Assembly (NCBI GenBank): GCA_964617285.1 | Contig: CAZTXJ010000006.1 | Location: forward strand, 1-52,789 | Source of the DNA: an uncultured Calditrichaceae bacterium | Lineage (GTDB): Bacteria > Calditrichota > Calditrichia > RBG-13-44-9 | DNA: 52,789 nucleotides | Direction: 5' to 3' | In this document: piece by piece, positions 28,665 to 38,759 of the stretch | Numbering within the stretch: the first letter of the stretch is position 1 | How the letters are laid out: each line of letters begins with the position of its first letter | Notes under the pieces: model-generated | The model's input: only the letters and a program-made list of their open reading frames with translations | What the model was told of the DNA's origin: nothing | Database searches by the model: none | Translations under genes and position numbers: made by a program

Positions 28665-29477
28665 ATGATGGAGGCTTCCTTGAATATTCCCATTGGGATT
28701 GCTAATTCGGTCTCTGCTAATTTTGGTTATGATGTATTTGATGCGCTTAAATATGAGGAACAGTCAAATTTCGATCTTATCCAGATTTTTTTGAACAGTA
28801 CGCATATCAATGATGCCATTTTTTTGAAAAAATTAAAGGATTATCTACTCGGTAGTAATGATAAACCCGTCTATTTCCACGCAGAGGGATTTCTTAACCG
28901 AGAGTTTCAGAGGAGTGAATATTCGAAGAAATTGTTCGAATTTGTCTCTAATTTTGAGCATAAGAAATTGATCATTCATTTTGATGAAACTGAACAGCTT
29001 GAAGAAATACTTGATATTATATCATATTTTTCAGATCATAAACCCATTCTCTATTTGGAAAATTATTTTCGGTTATCCGGTAAGGTAAATGCTGAAAAAA
29101 ATCTAAGGAAATATCTTGCTCTATTTACCCTGGCAAATAGCCAGCAATTTAATCTGGCCCCTGTAATAGACATCCCCCGTTTTTTTAATGCGTCATTGAA
29201 ATTTACTAACGACGAAGCGCTTCAATGGTGTTTTGAGTTATTTAATTATTTTGGGAATAGAGGAATACCCATACTATTGCATTTGATAGATGCAACCAAA
29301 CCAACCCAGGAAAGAAATACCTATTGCACCATTGGTGAGGGTTACATTCCCTTTCGGGAAATATTTCAATTCATGTTAAAAATAAAGGTACCAATAGAAG
29401 GTATTATTCTGGAATTTGAAGACAAAATTCATCCGCTTAAATCAAGGGATAATTTGATATCGTTCTTATCAAAATAA
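28665..29477 (+). CDS. hypothetical protein, possibly xylose-isomerase-like TIM barrel
   Basis: The spacing of YFHAEG, IIHFDE, LYLEN, LLHLID, GEGYIPF and ILEFE resembles the metal-binding strand ends of AP-endonuclease-2/sugar-isomerase TIM barrels. Weak, by eye only. Confidence 0.35.
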   Translation: MMEASLNIPIGIANSVSANFGYDVFDALKYEEQSNFDLIQIFLNSTHINDAIFLKKLKDYLLGSNDKPVYFHAEGFLNREFQRSEYSKKLFEFVSNFEHKKLIIHFDETEQLEEILDIISYFSDHKPILYLENYFRLSGKVNAEKNLRKYLALFTLANSQQFNLAPVIDIPRFFNASLKFTNDEALQWCFELFNYFGNRGIPILLHLIDATKPTQERNTYCTIGEGYIPFREIFQFMLKIKVPIEGIILEFEDKIHPLKSRDNLISFLSK

Positions 29478-29540
29478 AAATCCGGACTGACTTTTATAGA
29501 CAACTCGGGAAAGTTCAAAATATTGGGATTTTTGTTAATA

Positions 29541-29579
29541 AAGAAGCACCCGTGAAGAAAAATTTCCGGGTGCTTTTTA
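29541..29579. terminator. bidirectional terminator between the TIM-barrel-like gene and asnA
   Basis: AGCACCCG (29545-29552) pairs with CGGGTGCT (29567-29574), followed by TTTT and preceded by an A-rich tract. Confidence 0.75.
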
Positions 29580-29613
29580 AATTTAGAAAACAGAGTGGCT
29601 CAGTTCAAAATTT

Positions 29614-30744
29614 CTATTCCAGAACAAAGATATTTTTCTCTTTGCACATATCTTTTAAAATTTGGGGCCAAACCGTAACACTTACCTCTCCGAGGTGTGC
29701 CGTGCGGAGCAGATACATGTATGTACGCGACTGACCGATTCCGCCGCCAATGCTCAATGGTATCTCGTCATCGAGGATCATTTTGTGGTATGGTAATTTC
29801 AGGAAATCCAATTGACCAGTAATTTCCAATTGTTTTTTCAATGTTTCTTTATTAACCCGGATTCCCATGGAAGTGAGTTCATGCCGGCGTTTTGTAACGG
29901 GATTCCAGACCAGAATATCACCATTGAGGCCATGCATTGTTTGCCCATTTTTAGAAATAGTTTCGGTAACCCAATCATCATAGTCGGCCGCTCGCATCTC
30001 ATGTGGATAACCATCTTTTAAAATCCATCCTATTCCAATAATGAAGACTGCCGGATAATCTTGCAATATCCTTGTCTCTCTCTCTTTTCTTGGCAGATCA
30101 GGGTACCGTTCTAAAATTTCTTCGGCGTGTAAAAAGGTGAGCTCCTCCGGGAAATCCGGATATTTATCCGTTCTTAATTCCGGGAAATTCTCTTCGGCAT
30201 ACTCACCGGCCCCATACAGCACTCGCCATATTTTCTTAACAATCATTTTGAGAAAATCGAGGTTTCGCTGGTCCGGGGTCATCACTCTTTCCCAATCCCA
30301 CTGGTCCACGTAGCAGGAATGATCGTGATCCAGGAAATAATCCTTACGAACTGCACGCATATCGGTACAGATGCCTTCACCCACTTGACAATCGAACTGC
30401 TTTAAAGCGAATCTTTTCCATTTTGTGGCTGCCTGTACTACCTGGGCATCGATTGGATTTTTATTATAATCGTTTGATATATGAAATTCAATTGGGGTTC
30501 GGGAACCGTCCCGATCCAGATAGTCATTCATACCGCTATTACGATCAACAATCAAGGGGACCTGAACCATCTGAAGATTTAGTTCCTTGCAAATGTTTTC
30601 TTCAATATATTTTTTTACTTCAAATAGTGCCTCCATCCTCTTTTTATGCGGAAGCAATGGCAGGTAATCTTTGGGAAGTACTTTTTCGAGATCAGTGTAA
30701 TTACCAATGCCGGGACCAGCCAAATCTGCTTTTTTGTCTGACAT
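29614..30744 (-). CDS. asnA: aspartate--ammonia ligase (asparagine synthetase A)
   Basis: YVDQWDWERVM, GLNGDILVWNPV, LTSMGIRV and GGGIGQSR match E. coli AsnA blocks nearly exactly. Confidence 0.92.
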   Translation of the reverse strand: MSDKKADLAGPGIGNYTDLEKVLPKDYLPLLPHKKRMEALFEVKKYIEENICKELNLQMVQVPLIVDRNSGMNDYLDRDGSRTPIEFHISNDYNKNPIDAQVVQAATKWKRFALKQFDCQVGEGICTDMRAVRKDYFLDHDHSCYVDQWDWERVMTPDQRNLDFLKMIVKKIWRVLYGAGEYAEENFPELRTDKYPDFPEELTFLHAEEILERYPDLPRKERETRILQDYPAVFIIGIGWILKDGYPHEMRAADYDDWVTETISKNGQTMHGLNGDILVWNPVTKRRHELTSMGIRVNKETLKKQLEITGQLDFLKLPYHKMILDDEIPLSIGGGIGQSRTYMYLLRTAHLGEVSVTVWPQILKDMCKEKNIFVLE

Positions 30745-30941
30745 ATAGTGTTCTCCTAATAATTTTGTGAAATTAGTTTCTTAAGCTATTTCAATCTACC
30801 AAACACTCTTAAAAATCGCAATAATAATCTTAAAATTTGAATTTAGCAGGATTTGTTTATATTTATCATGGTTAAATTAATCTACTTATAATGCAGAAAA
30901 TTATTCGTAATAAATGATCTGATATGTGAAATAGAGTCTCC

Positions 30942-32132
30942 ATGAATAAAGATTGTATTGTTGTCCACTATTCCGAAATTGGTTTAAAAGGAAAAAACAG
31001 AGCGCAATTCGAGAACCAGCTTCGAAAAAATATTGTCAGGGTATTAAGTGATACCAGTATAGGTCCAGTGCGTCGGGACTTTGGCAGAATTGTCATTTCG
31101 CTCAAAAAGGATTCGGATTGGTTGGCTATAAGAAATCGGTTGAAAAAAGTCTTTGGTATTTCTTCTTTTTCAAAGGCCATCCTAACCGGTACAAATGAAT
31201 CGGAAATTATTTCGACCGCCATATTACTGTTTTCGAGCAGTCATATAGATTCTTTCAGAGTTAATACTAAACGGGCAGATAAAAACTTTAAGTACACTTC
31301 AATTCAGTTAAACCAAGTTGTAGGGGCGGCCATAATATCTCGATTTAAGCATTTAGTGGTCGATCTCACAAAACCAGATATTATATGTTCAATCGAGATA
31401 TTTAACGAGAAATCATTAATCTCAATCAGTCGGGAAAATGGACCTGGTGGATTACCGGTCTCCGATGGGGAAAAAGTCGTCGCCCTTATTTCTTCTGGAA
31501 TTGATTCACCAGTTGCAGCCTGGAAAGTTATGCGGCGCGGAATAGAAAATATTTTTGTTCATTTTCATACCTTACCCCTGACCTCAGAAAAATCGGTAGT
31601 AAAAACAAATCGGCTGATCGATATTTTGACCGAATATCAATTTAAATCAAAATTATACCTTATACCTTTTGTTGAGATACAGAAAATAATTGCCAAGAAT
31701 AGCCCGAATGAATATCGATTATTGCTTTTCAGAGCTGCCATGATGCGAGTTGCCGAAATAATCGCCCGTAAGCAAAGGGCCAGCGCTTTGGTAACTGGGG
31801 ATAATATTGGGCAGGTTGCATCTCAAACGTTAAGTAATATCTGTGCCATCGACCGGTTTACGAATATTCTCGTGCTTCGACCTTTGTTGGGCTTTGATAA
31901 AGAAGAGATAATTAATCTTGCCACGCAGATTGGAACTTATCCTGTATCCATTCAGCCCCACGATGACTGTTGCAGTTTATTTACTCCGAAACATCCAGAA
32001 TTACACGCTGAATTTGAAACCCTCCAACTCATTGAAAATGATCTTAAATTAAACCAGATTTATCCAACTATTTTAAATCGTATGCAGGTGAAGAATTTTA
32101 ATTGGAAAAAGAGTATTCAGATTGAACAATAG
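30942..32132 (+). CDS. thiI: tRNA 4-thiouridine(8) synthase ThiI (THUMP + PP-loop, no rhodanese domain)
   Basis: N-terminal HYSEIGLKGKNR ferredoxin-like/THUMP region and the LISSGIDSPVAAW PP-loop. Confidence 0.88.
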   Translation: MNKDCIVVHYSEIGLKGKNRAQFENQLRKNIVRVLSDTSIGPVRRDFGRIVISLKKDSDWLAIRNRLKKVFGISSFSKAILTGTNESEIISTAILLFSSSHIDSFRVNTKRADKNFKYTSIQLNQVVGAAIISRFKHLVVDLTKPDIICSIEIFNEKSLISISRENGPGGLPVSDGEKVVALISSGIDSPVAAWKVMRRGIENIFVHFHTLPLTSEKSVVKTNRLIDILTEYQFKSKLYLIPFVEIQKIIAKNSPNEYRLLLFRAAMMRVAEIIARKQRASALVTGDNIGQVASQTLSNICAIDRFTNILVLRPLLGFDKEEIINLATQIGTYPVSIQPHDDCCSLFTPKHPELHAEFETLQLIENDLKLNQIYPTILNRMQVKNFNWKKSIQIEQ

Positions 32133-32209
32133 CGTATCAAATTTTCAATCATATTTGAAGAAAAGCGATTAACAGGTTGCTTCTATTTCAGGAATTATGC
32201 AAATAAAAA

Positions 32210-32286
32210 AGGGGAGGTGCCGATTAAAGCAATGAGGAGGCACTATCCGCGGGAGGGACCCGCTTAAGTTTCAATCGGCACACCCC
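32210..32286. terminator. long imperfect hairpin between convergent genes (probable terminator of the minus-strand gene)
   Basis: GGGGAGGTGCCGATT (32210-32224) pairs with AATCGGCACACCCC (32273-32286). An inner GCGGG-AGGGA-CCCGC hairpin is present. A-run upstream on the plus strand, which is a T-run after the stem on the minus strand. Confidence 0.55.
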
Positions 32287-32445
32287 TTGTTAAATTTACC
32301 CCATTCTGGGAGGATTGTTCCGTACCTAGAATTTTATCGCCAGTTCATTAACTTTGCAGCTATTCGACAAACTTATACATTGATCTAAACTATTGAAAGG
32401 GAGAAAGTATCATTTATAAAAAGGTGTGGTAAAAATCTTATCGGC

Positions 32446-32838
32446 TTATTGACGATATGGTTCGTGTTCGAACTGTTCACATGAATCCTTGAGGTCGATT
32501 TCGACATTTCGTAGTCTGCATTTGTAGTAAAAATCCTCAACTTCCGCTTCATTTTCACTCATGTGAATGAAGGACAGCCGGTATTTACAATTTTGGCAAA
32601 TTCTGGGAGTGATCTCAGACTTAGGCTTCAGTGAAGAAGAAATCCCAACCCGGTAAAAAAATCGTGAGATACTCTCAATGTAAAACGATATTTGCTGTAA
32701 TATTTTTTTAATTCTCAGAATAACCAGAAGTTGAAACAGAAATATGGCAAATACGATGAAGATAATGACTGCCAGGGAATAGGGGTCATAAAATAATTCC
32801 ATTATCATATCCTCTGCCTTTTCTACCTTGTATACCAC
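32446..32838 (-). CDS. hypothetical membrane-anchored protein with a C-terminal Cys motif
   Basis: One strong TM helix (LAVIIFIVFAIFLFQLLVILRI), then CQNC ... C ... C. No family recognised. Confidence 0.45.
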   Translation of the reverse strand: MVYKVEKAEDMIMELFYDPYSLAVIIFIVFAIFLFQLLVILRIKKILQQISFYIESISRFFYRVGISSSLKPKSEITPRICQNCKYRLSFIHMSENEAEVEDFYYKCRLRNVEIDLKDSCEQFEHEPYRQ

Positions 32839-33016
32839 ATAAAATGAATCCGGTTTCCTGTAATTTCTCCCTTATATTTTCGGATATTTTAACTTGAAGT
32901 TGATCTGTCTGAAAATTTTTACCCGGATACTTCTTGGATTAAAATCGGGTTATTATTTTGGCTTTAGGAACCTGATTTGGCTTAAAAAATTCCGGATTTG
33001 AGTTAATATCGATGTT

Positions 33017-33793
33017 CTAAATAAAGGGGAGGATAAATCCGATACCGAGAGAGATGAAGAAGCCACTGAAATCATAGATTTCTTCCGGTGTGTAATTTGA
33101 ATCGGAGGCTTCCAATCTACCATTGGGAATTCCCGGGAAATCCTGGTCTACCGAAATTCTTCCATTCATCCGCTGTAAATTGGCCAGCCGGTAACCTGCT
33201 TCGGGAAAAAGGGAAAAATAAGGGGTCAATCGAATTTCTGCACCGCCCATAAAATTAGCGATCAGGGCGGTAGATGAATACTGTCCCGAGTTATCAACTG
33301 TATTCGTGCCATCCGTGTATTTGGTGAGTGCATCCGTCCAGCCGAAACCTACCCCTATACCGCCCCCCAAATAAAAATTGACACGTTTCCAGGTGTTGTA
33401 TCCCAGATAATATTTTAGTCCCGCGCTCGCTTCAATGTACTCGATCTGCCTTTTAAATAAAAAGTTTACTGTATTTGGAGGACCTTCCTGGAAATATTCA
33501 CTTTTGGTTTTTTCTCGAAAAAAGTAGGTATTTAAATTTAAGAAGTAGTTTTCGCCGAGGTGGTATTGAACCTGAATTCCCCATCCGTAATTACCGTTCA
33601 ATTTTTCCGGTATGAGTAGGGGTTGATCAACTATATTTCTCAATTGACCAACTCTGTTCGCGATATCCCTGTTTACATCATCCATTCGTACCTCAGAATA
33701 CGCCAGATATGGTATTACTTTGAATGATTGGGTATGTCCTGATTGATATTGGACAAAAAAAGCCAGGAAGAAGCACCAGAGGTATTTTTTCAT
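33017..33793 (-). CDS. outer-membrane beta-barrel protein
   Basis: Signal peptide MKKYLWCFFLAFFVQY, alternating aromatic/Gly-rich strands, C-terminal ...GFILPFI. Start at ATG 33793 is preferred over 33817. Confidence 0.6.
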   Translation of the reverse strand: MKKYLWCFFLAFFVQYQSGHTQSFKVIPYLAYSEVRMDDVNRDIANRVGQLRNIVDQPLLIPEKLNGNYGWGIQVQYHLGENYFLNLNTYFFREKTKSEYFQEGPPNTVNFLFKRQIEYIEASAGLKYYLGYNTWKRVNFYLGGGIGVGFGWTDALTKYTDGTNTVDNSGQYSSTALIANFMGGAEIRLTPYFSLFPEAGYRLANLQRMNGRISVDQDFPGIPNGRLEASDSNYTPEEIYDFSGFFISLGIGFILPFI

Positions 33794-33901
33794 TTGGCAA
33801 AACCCAGGATGTAACAAGTTTTTATGGTCGAATTTATTCCACAGAGAATAAACGATCGTTTATGTGATAGAAAAATTATTGAACCACCGGAAAGAAATCG
33901 A

Positions 33902-35176
33902 TTAATTAAATTCCTGATCAATATAATCCGGATGGAGATAATAATCGCCAAATCCTGTCCGGTCGATGAACACAAATATTTTCCGGACACTGTAGTAACG
34001 CCAAACTTCATAGGGGACAGAATCAATTTCGAAAGGGTGTCTCTCAATATCGTCCGGCTGGCCAAATTTGATAAAGATTCTCCCTCTGTCTGTTAGCCAT
34101 CCATCCACACTCAATGTGGAAAAATTTTCGTTGGCATAATTAACCCGGAGAAAGTACTCGTCCATCAATTCATTTTTCTGGGTTTCTTGGTTGGGATCCA
34201 TTCGGTTCCAGAAGCGGTCAAAATAGGCCCGCTTGCTCTCGTAGGGCTGTTTTAAAGCCCAGCCGATGGAATCCGCTTCCAATAAATAACGCATTTGCTC
34301 GAGCGCTTTGTCCAAATCTTTTGGTGATTGTGGACTCTCCGTCCAGTAAAAAGAAAATATTTTTCTTAATGTTATCGCCTTTCCATGATAGGTTCCGATC
34401 ACTTCCAGTTCGTATCGGCTTTGATCAAATTGATGGCGATTAATCCGGATATAGTGATTGCTTCTTTGCTCGTCTTTTACCAGAGAATATTCATTCATCT
34501 GAGCCACTGTGCCAGAGGCATTTCTGATGGTATATTTTACATTGAGAGTATCCTGAGGCTTATCGACGATTGATGAAAAATAGAAATAAAAATGCTTATT
34601 TTCCCCACTGAAATTGCTGGTCAAATTAGGTTCAAAACTGGAAATATTCCCCAAGCTGTCGGTTTGATAATCCTGGAAAAAAAGGATATCACTCAATAAG
34701 AAATCCTTTGACTTAATGTCCTCGAGTTCGAAATGAATTTTCCGGTTTACCTGCTTGTTGCTGTTTTTATCCAGGGCAGTGATAACCGCATCATAAACAT
34801 TTGGTGGTAAAGAAATGTCGGTAGTATAAGAATTCTTAATTTTACGCGAATTTGTTTCTTCGAATAAAGGAGTTTTAATTTCTTTATTAATCGTTCGATT
34901 AAAGACGAATTCTTTTTGCTGATTATTTACGTATATATCAAACTGAACTTCGGCTTCAAAGATATCATCCTTTTTTAGAAATGTCAGATCGTCATTCATA
35001 ATCTGAAAATACAAACGAACAATTCTGTTTTCACCTGCGTCATCAAAAGTTCGGAATATCCCAGCCTGAAAAAACGGGAGACCAACTCCGCTCAATTTGG
35101 GGCTGGACATATACTGAGCCGGGATATCAGAAATAAAAAGTATTGAAAAGATTAAAACTAAAGCTACTTTTTTCAT
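33902..35176 (-). CDS. GWxTD domain-containing secreted protein
   Basis: Signal peptide. C-terminal FWNRMDP ... GWLTDRGRIFIKFGQPDDIE matches the GWxTD domain signature. Confidence 0.75.
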   Translation of the reverse strand: MKKVALVLIFSILFISDIPAQYMSSPKLSGVGLPFFQAGIFRTFDDAGENRIVRLYFQIMNDDLTFLKKDDIFEAEVQFDIYVNNQQKEFVFNRTINKEIKTPLFEETNSRKIKNSYTTDISLPPNVYDAVITALDKNSNKQVNRKIHFELEDIKSKDFLLSDILFFQDYQTDSLGNISSFEPNLTSNFSGENKHFYFYFSSIVDKPQDTLNVKYTIRNASGTVAQMNEYSLVKDEQRSNHYIRINRHQFDQSRYELEVIGTYHGKAITLRKIFSFYWTESPQSPKDLDKALEQMRYLLEADSIGWALKQPYESKRAYFDRFWNRMDPNQETQKNELMDEYFLRVNYANENFSTLSVDGWLTDRGRIFIKFGQPDDIERHPFEIDSVPYEVWRYYSVRKIFVFIDRTGFGDYYLHPDYIDQEFN

Positions 35177-35178
35177 TG

Positions 35179-36504
35179 TTACTCCATAATTTGACCAAAT
35201 AATTCATATTCTAAAGTGTCAACGATTTTGACATCATAAAATGTCCCCTCAATAATATTTTGGGGAGGATTTTCAATAATTACTTCATTGTCAATCTCCG
35301 GCGAATCACCATATGTTCTGCCCACAGCAATTTTTTTGGCATCATTGATTTCGTCAATCAAGACTCTGAAAATCCGGTTTCTTTTTTCCAGATTTTTCTG
35401 AAATGAAATGTTTTGTTGCATAGCCATTATCTCATTATAACGTTCCTCAACAATACTCTGCGGAAGTGACTCAAGTCGAAAAGCAGTGGTGTTCTCTTCC
35501 GCGGAATACTGGAATACGCCCAATCGATCAAACTTAATTTCCTCTATGAAATTTCTGAGTTCGTTAAAATCCTTTTCTGTCTCCCCCGGATGGCCAACCA
35601 ATAAAGTAGTCCGTAATACCACATCGGAAATTTTATCCCGAAGGTTCTGCAAAATAGTTTTAATTTGTCGGGAGTTGCCTCCGCGTTTCATTATTTTTAG
35701 CATCCGATCCGATATATGCTGAATGGGCATATCGATGTAGTGAACAATTTTGTCACTTTTTTGAATGAGATCGATCAACCCGTCCTGGAAGGTTGTCGGG
35801 TAAGCATAATGAAGGCGAATCCATTCGATTCCGTCAATCTTCTCCAGATCTTTTAGCAAATCAATTATTCGCTGTTTTTTATACAGATCGAGTCCATAAA
35901 AGGTAGTATCCTGGGCTATCAGAATTATCTCTTTTACATCCTTTTCTGCCAGTATTTTTGTTTCCTGAACGATATCTTCCATCGGCCGGCTGCGATGACG
36001 TCCTCTCATAAGTGGTATGGCACAAAAAGCACATTTATGGTTACAACCTTCTGATATTTTCAGATAGGCAAAATGTTTCTTTTGTGAGAGGTGCCGATCT
36101 TCGTAAAGGTGCTGAGTATGAATATTATCAAGAGCCAAGAATTGGAGAATACCTGAATAATCTTCAGTGCCGAAGTAGGCATCGACTTCCGGTATTTTTT
36201 TGACCAGGGTTTGTGAGTATCTGGCCGATAAACAGCCACAAACAACTACCTGAATATTTGGATTTTCCTTTTTTAATTGACCTGCCTCAAGGATGGCCTG
36301 AATAGACTCCTGTTTTGCCGGTGTGATGAATCCGCAGGTGTTTAGAATAATCACATCCGCATTTTCGGGTTCATCGAGCAAGGTGGCACCATTGTTCAGG
36401 AGTTGCCCCATTAAAATTTCTGAATCATACAGATTTTTGGAGCACCCAAGGGTTGTAATATGAATCTTTTTCTTACCGTTTGGATTCAGTTCAGGCCGAC
36501 TCAA
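35179..36504 (-). CDS. rimO: ribosomal protein S12 methylthiotransferase RimO (radical SAM)
   Basis: N-terminal TTLGCSKNLYDSE (UPF0004), radical-SAM CNHKCAFCAIP, C-terminal TRAM domain. 441 aa. Confidence 0.85.
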   Translation of the reverse strand: MSRPELNPNGKKKIHITTLGCSKNLYDSEILMGQLLNNGATLLDEPENADVIILNTCGFITPAKQESIQAILEAGQLKKENPNIQVVVCGCLSARYSQTLVKKIPEVDAYFGTEDYSGILQFLALDNIHTQHLYEDRHLSQKKHFAYLKISEGCNHKCAFCAIPLMRGRHRSRPMEDIVQETKILAEKDVKEIILIAQDTTFYGLDLYKKQRIIDLLKDLEKIDGIEWIRLHYAYPTTFQDGLIDLIQKSDKIVHYIDMPIQHISDRMLKIMKRGGNSRQIKTILQNLRDKISDVVLRTTLLVGHPGETEKDFNELRNFIEEIKFDRLGVFQYSAEENTTAFRLESLPQSIVEERYNEIMAMQQNISFQKNLEKRNRIFRVLIDEINDAKKIAVGRTYGDSPEIDNEVIIENPPQNIIEGTFYDVKIVDTLEYELFGQIME

Positions 36505-36701
36505 TAATTACCTTCTGAAGTATTAATTAAAAGAATTAATTTAAGCATATTAAAGCTGCAATAATAATTATCTGAATCTCCGTTAAAATACAAACGTTTA
36601 TTTTTGCATACAACTTTTTATAACCATATTAAAAATTAGTTCCTGTATCAAGGAAATCTGGGCTTTGATTTTTTAAAGGACTAAAATTCCCAGGAAATCG
36701 A

Positions 36702-37484
36702 CTAAAGTCTTTTAATATATTTCTGATAAACCGGTGTCAGAAATGCAGGTGAGCTGAGGATTTTTAATTTGGTCATTTCAATTTTATTCCGGGAACCTCG
36801 GATCAGCTTTAATATGAAGGCTGAACTCGAATCAGTATTATATACGGGGAATCTTCGGATGGTAAAAGGATTTGATTTATCGGAGGCACCGTACAAATTG
36901 ACACAGGCAAAATGATAACCGGTTTTTTTTACCTGCTCCTGTATGTCTTTGTTTTGAATGCCAAATGGATATGCCATTGAGATAATTTTCTGGCCGGTTA
37001 TCTGCTCCAACGTACTTTTAGATTCGAGCAACTCCCTCCCTGCTTCGTCGCTGCTTAACCGGGTGAATGCCCGGTGAGAAATGCCATGGCTCCCGATTTC
37101 CAGATTGTTCCTGGCCAATTCCTGAATTTGCTGCCGATTTAAATGGCGGAACCGAATCCCACCCAGATTTGCATCCCATTTATTCCACTTGCCGATATAC
37201 CCGGTAATGACAAACACTACGGCAGTGAATCCAAATTCAGAAAGGGCGGGATAGGCATGTTCAAATACAGATTCATATCCATCATCAAAAGTGATTATGA
37301 CAGGGTTGGAGGGTAGTTCATTTTTAGATAGATCGCGGAAATTTATCGGGGTATAATTTTCAGTCTTCAGAAAGTGTAAATGTTCAGTAAACTTTTTTGG
37401 CGAAACGGTATTTATTCCCCATTCCCGGTTTTTAGATATTTTGTGATAAGTGAGTATCGGTATTTGCTGATAATTCATCTCCAT
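36702..37484 (-). CDS. polysaccharide deacetylase (CE4) family protein
   Basis: ITFDDGYESVFEHAYP and GSHGISH NodB-homology motifs. Confidence 0.8.
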   Translation of the reverse strand: MEMNYQQIPILTYHKISKNREWGINTVSPKKFTEHLHFLKTENYTPINFRDLSKNELPSNPVIITFDDGYESVFEHAYPALSEFGFTAVVFVITGYIGKWNKWDANLGGIRFRHLNRQQIQELARNNLEIGSHGISHRAFTRLSSDEAGRELLESKSTLEQITGQKIISMAYPFGIQNKDIQEQVKKTGYHFACVNLYGASDKSNPFTIRRFPVYNTDSSSAFILKLIRGSRNKIEMTKLKILSSPAFLTPVYQKYIKRL

Positions 37485-38617
37485 CAGGAGGTCAAAGTCA
37501 AAGATTTCATTTTTTCCTTCAGATCTGCCACTGTTACATTGGCAGCCTCCGAAAGATTTTTTTTGACAACGTGCCCCTTATAAATAGAAATCCCGTGAGC
37601 TAGACCTGGGTCATTTAATGCTGCTTTTTCAAGACCTAATTCCGAAATTTTATGAAGGTAAGGAATCAGCGCGGCAGAAAAAGCCCGGGAGGCGATGCGG
37701 GGAACGCCGGCAGTTATATTGGAAATACAGTAATGAACCACACCATCGACCACGAAGGTGGGATTATCTAAATGCGTCACCTTGCTGGTCTCAACACTTC
37801 CACCCAGATCGATATCAACGTCAACGATTACCGAACCAGCACGCATGGTTTTTACCATCTCCGGGGTAATTAATTTGGGCGTTGGTAGACCTGGCACCCG
37901 GATGCATGCGATTAAAAGATCAGTAGTTGGTAGTAGTTCCTTGATATTCTCATCGGTACTGATAAGGGTAGAAAGATTGGGAAGTCCCAGTGAATCGATT
38001 TCCAATAATTTGGAAAATTCCCGGTCCAGGATAACCACTCTGGCACCAAGGTTTGCTGCAGTTATTGCAGCCTGTCTTCCCACATTTCCGGCGCCAAGAA
38101 TCGCAACATTTGCTGGTGGTGAACCGGTGACTCTTCCCAGAACAATTCCTCTGCCACCCTGATGTTTCTGCAGATAGAAGGCCCCGTTTAAAACCGCCAT
38201 TTGCCCGGTTATTCTGCCGATAGGGAATAGAAGTGGATATTGTTTGTGTTCGTTTTCAACAAATTCATAAGAAAGACAGGTACAACCCCGACCGGCCAGG
38301 GTTTTAATTAATTCCGGATTATTGATAAAATGAAAAAATGAAAAGATGGCTTGATCCGGACGAATGAGCTCCATTTCAACAGGTTGGGGTTCTCTTATTT
38401 TTAAGACAATTTCGGCTGAAGAGTACATTTTTTCCGAAGAAGGGACAATCGTAGCGCCAACCCGTTCATATTGAGAATCGACCGCTTCACAGTACTCTCC
38501 GGCGCCGGTTTCCACAATTACCTGATGTCCGAAGCGGGTGATTTCCTTTACCAGAAATGGCAAGGCACCCACCCTCATTTCATGTGATCGTAATTCTCTC
38601 GGAATTCCAAAAATCAT
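37484..38617 (-). CDS. alanine dehydrogenase / PNT-family NAD-dependent dehydrogenase
   Basis: MIFGIPRELRSHEMRVGALP N-terminus and the ILGAGNVGRQAA Rossmann motif resemble Ald, but the substrate-loop region is divergent. Start at ATG 38617 is preferred over 38656. Confidence 0.6.
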   Translation of the reverse strand: MIFGIPRELRSHEMRVGALPFLVKEITRFGHQVIVETGAGEYCEAVDSQYERVGATIVPSSEKMYSSAEIVLKIREPQPVEMELIRPDQAIFSFFHFINNPELIKTLAGRGCTCLSYEFVENEHKQYPLLFPIGRITGQMAVLNGAFYLQKHQGGRGIVLGRVTGSPPANVAILGAGNVGRQAAITAANLGARVVILDREFSKLLEIDSLGLPNLSTLISTDENIKELLPTTDLLIACIRVPGLPTPKLITPEMVKTMRAGSVIVDVDIDLGGSVETSKVTHLDNPTFVVDGVVHYCISNITAGVPRIASRAFSAALIPYLHKISELGLEKAALNDPGLAHGISIYKGHVVKKNLSEAANVTVADLKEKMKSLTLTS

Positions 38618-38759
38618 AATTTGCCTTTCTTTATCATTTGGATAAAATCGTTTCAATATATATAGCGGCTAAAAAAAATTGCCATAAATATTTTATTTTG
38701 AAATGATTTTATATTCATATAACCATATCCGGTATATGCATAAAATAGTTTTATTGATT

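Noticed and set aside
30002-30010. Perfect DnaA box TGTGGATAA
   Set aside because: It is a single occurrence inside the asnA coding sequence, 4.5 kb from dnaA, with no neighbouring boxes or AT-rich unwinding element. This is consistent with chance.
32210-32286. The long hairpin considered as SRP (4.5S) RNA or a riboswitch
   Set aside because: The apical loop is AGGGA/UCCCU rather than GNRA, and the conserved SRP AGCA / GGAA elements are absent on both strands. No downstream gene exists in either orientation for a riboswitch. It is kept only as a terminator or unknown RNA candidate.
33790-34096. Two roughly 90-aa ORFs (one on each strand) at the junction of the OMP gene and the GWxTD gene
   Set aside because: They overlap the conserved C-terminal GWxTD domain coding region and the intergenic spacer, and show no independent coding evidence.
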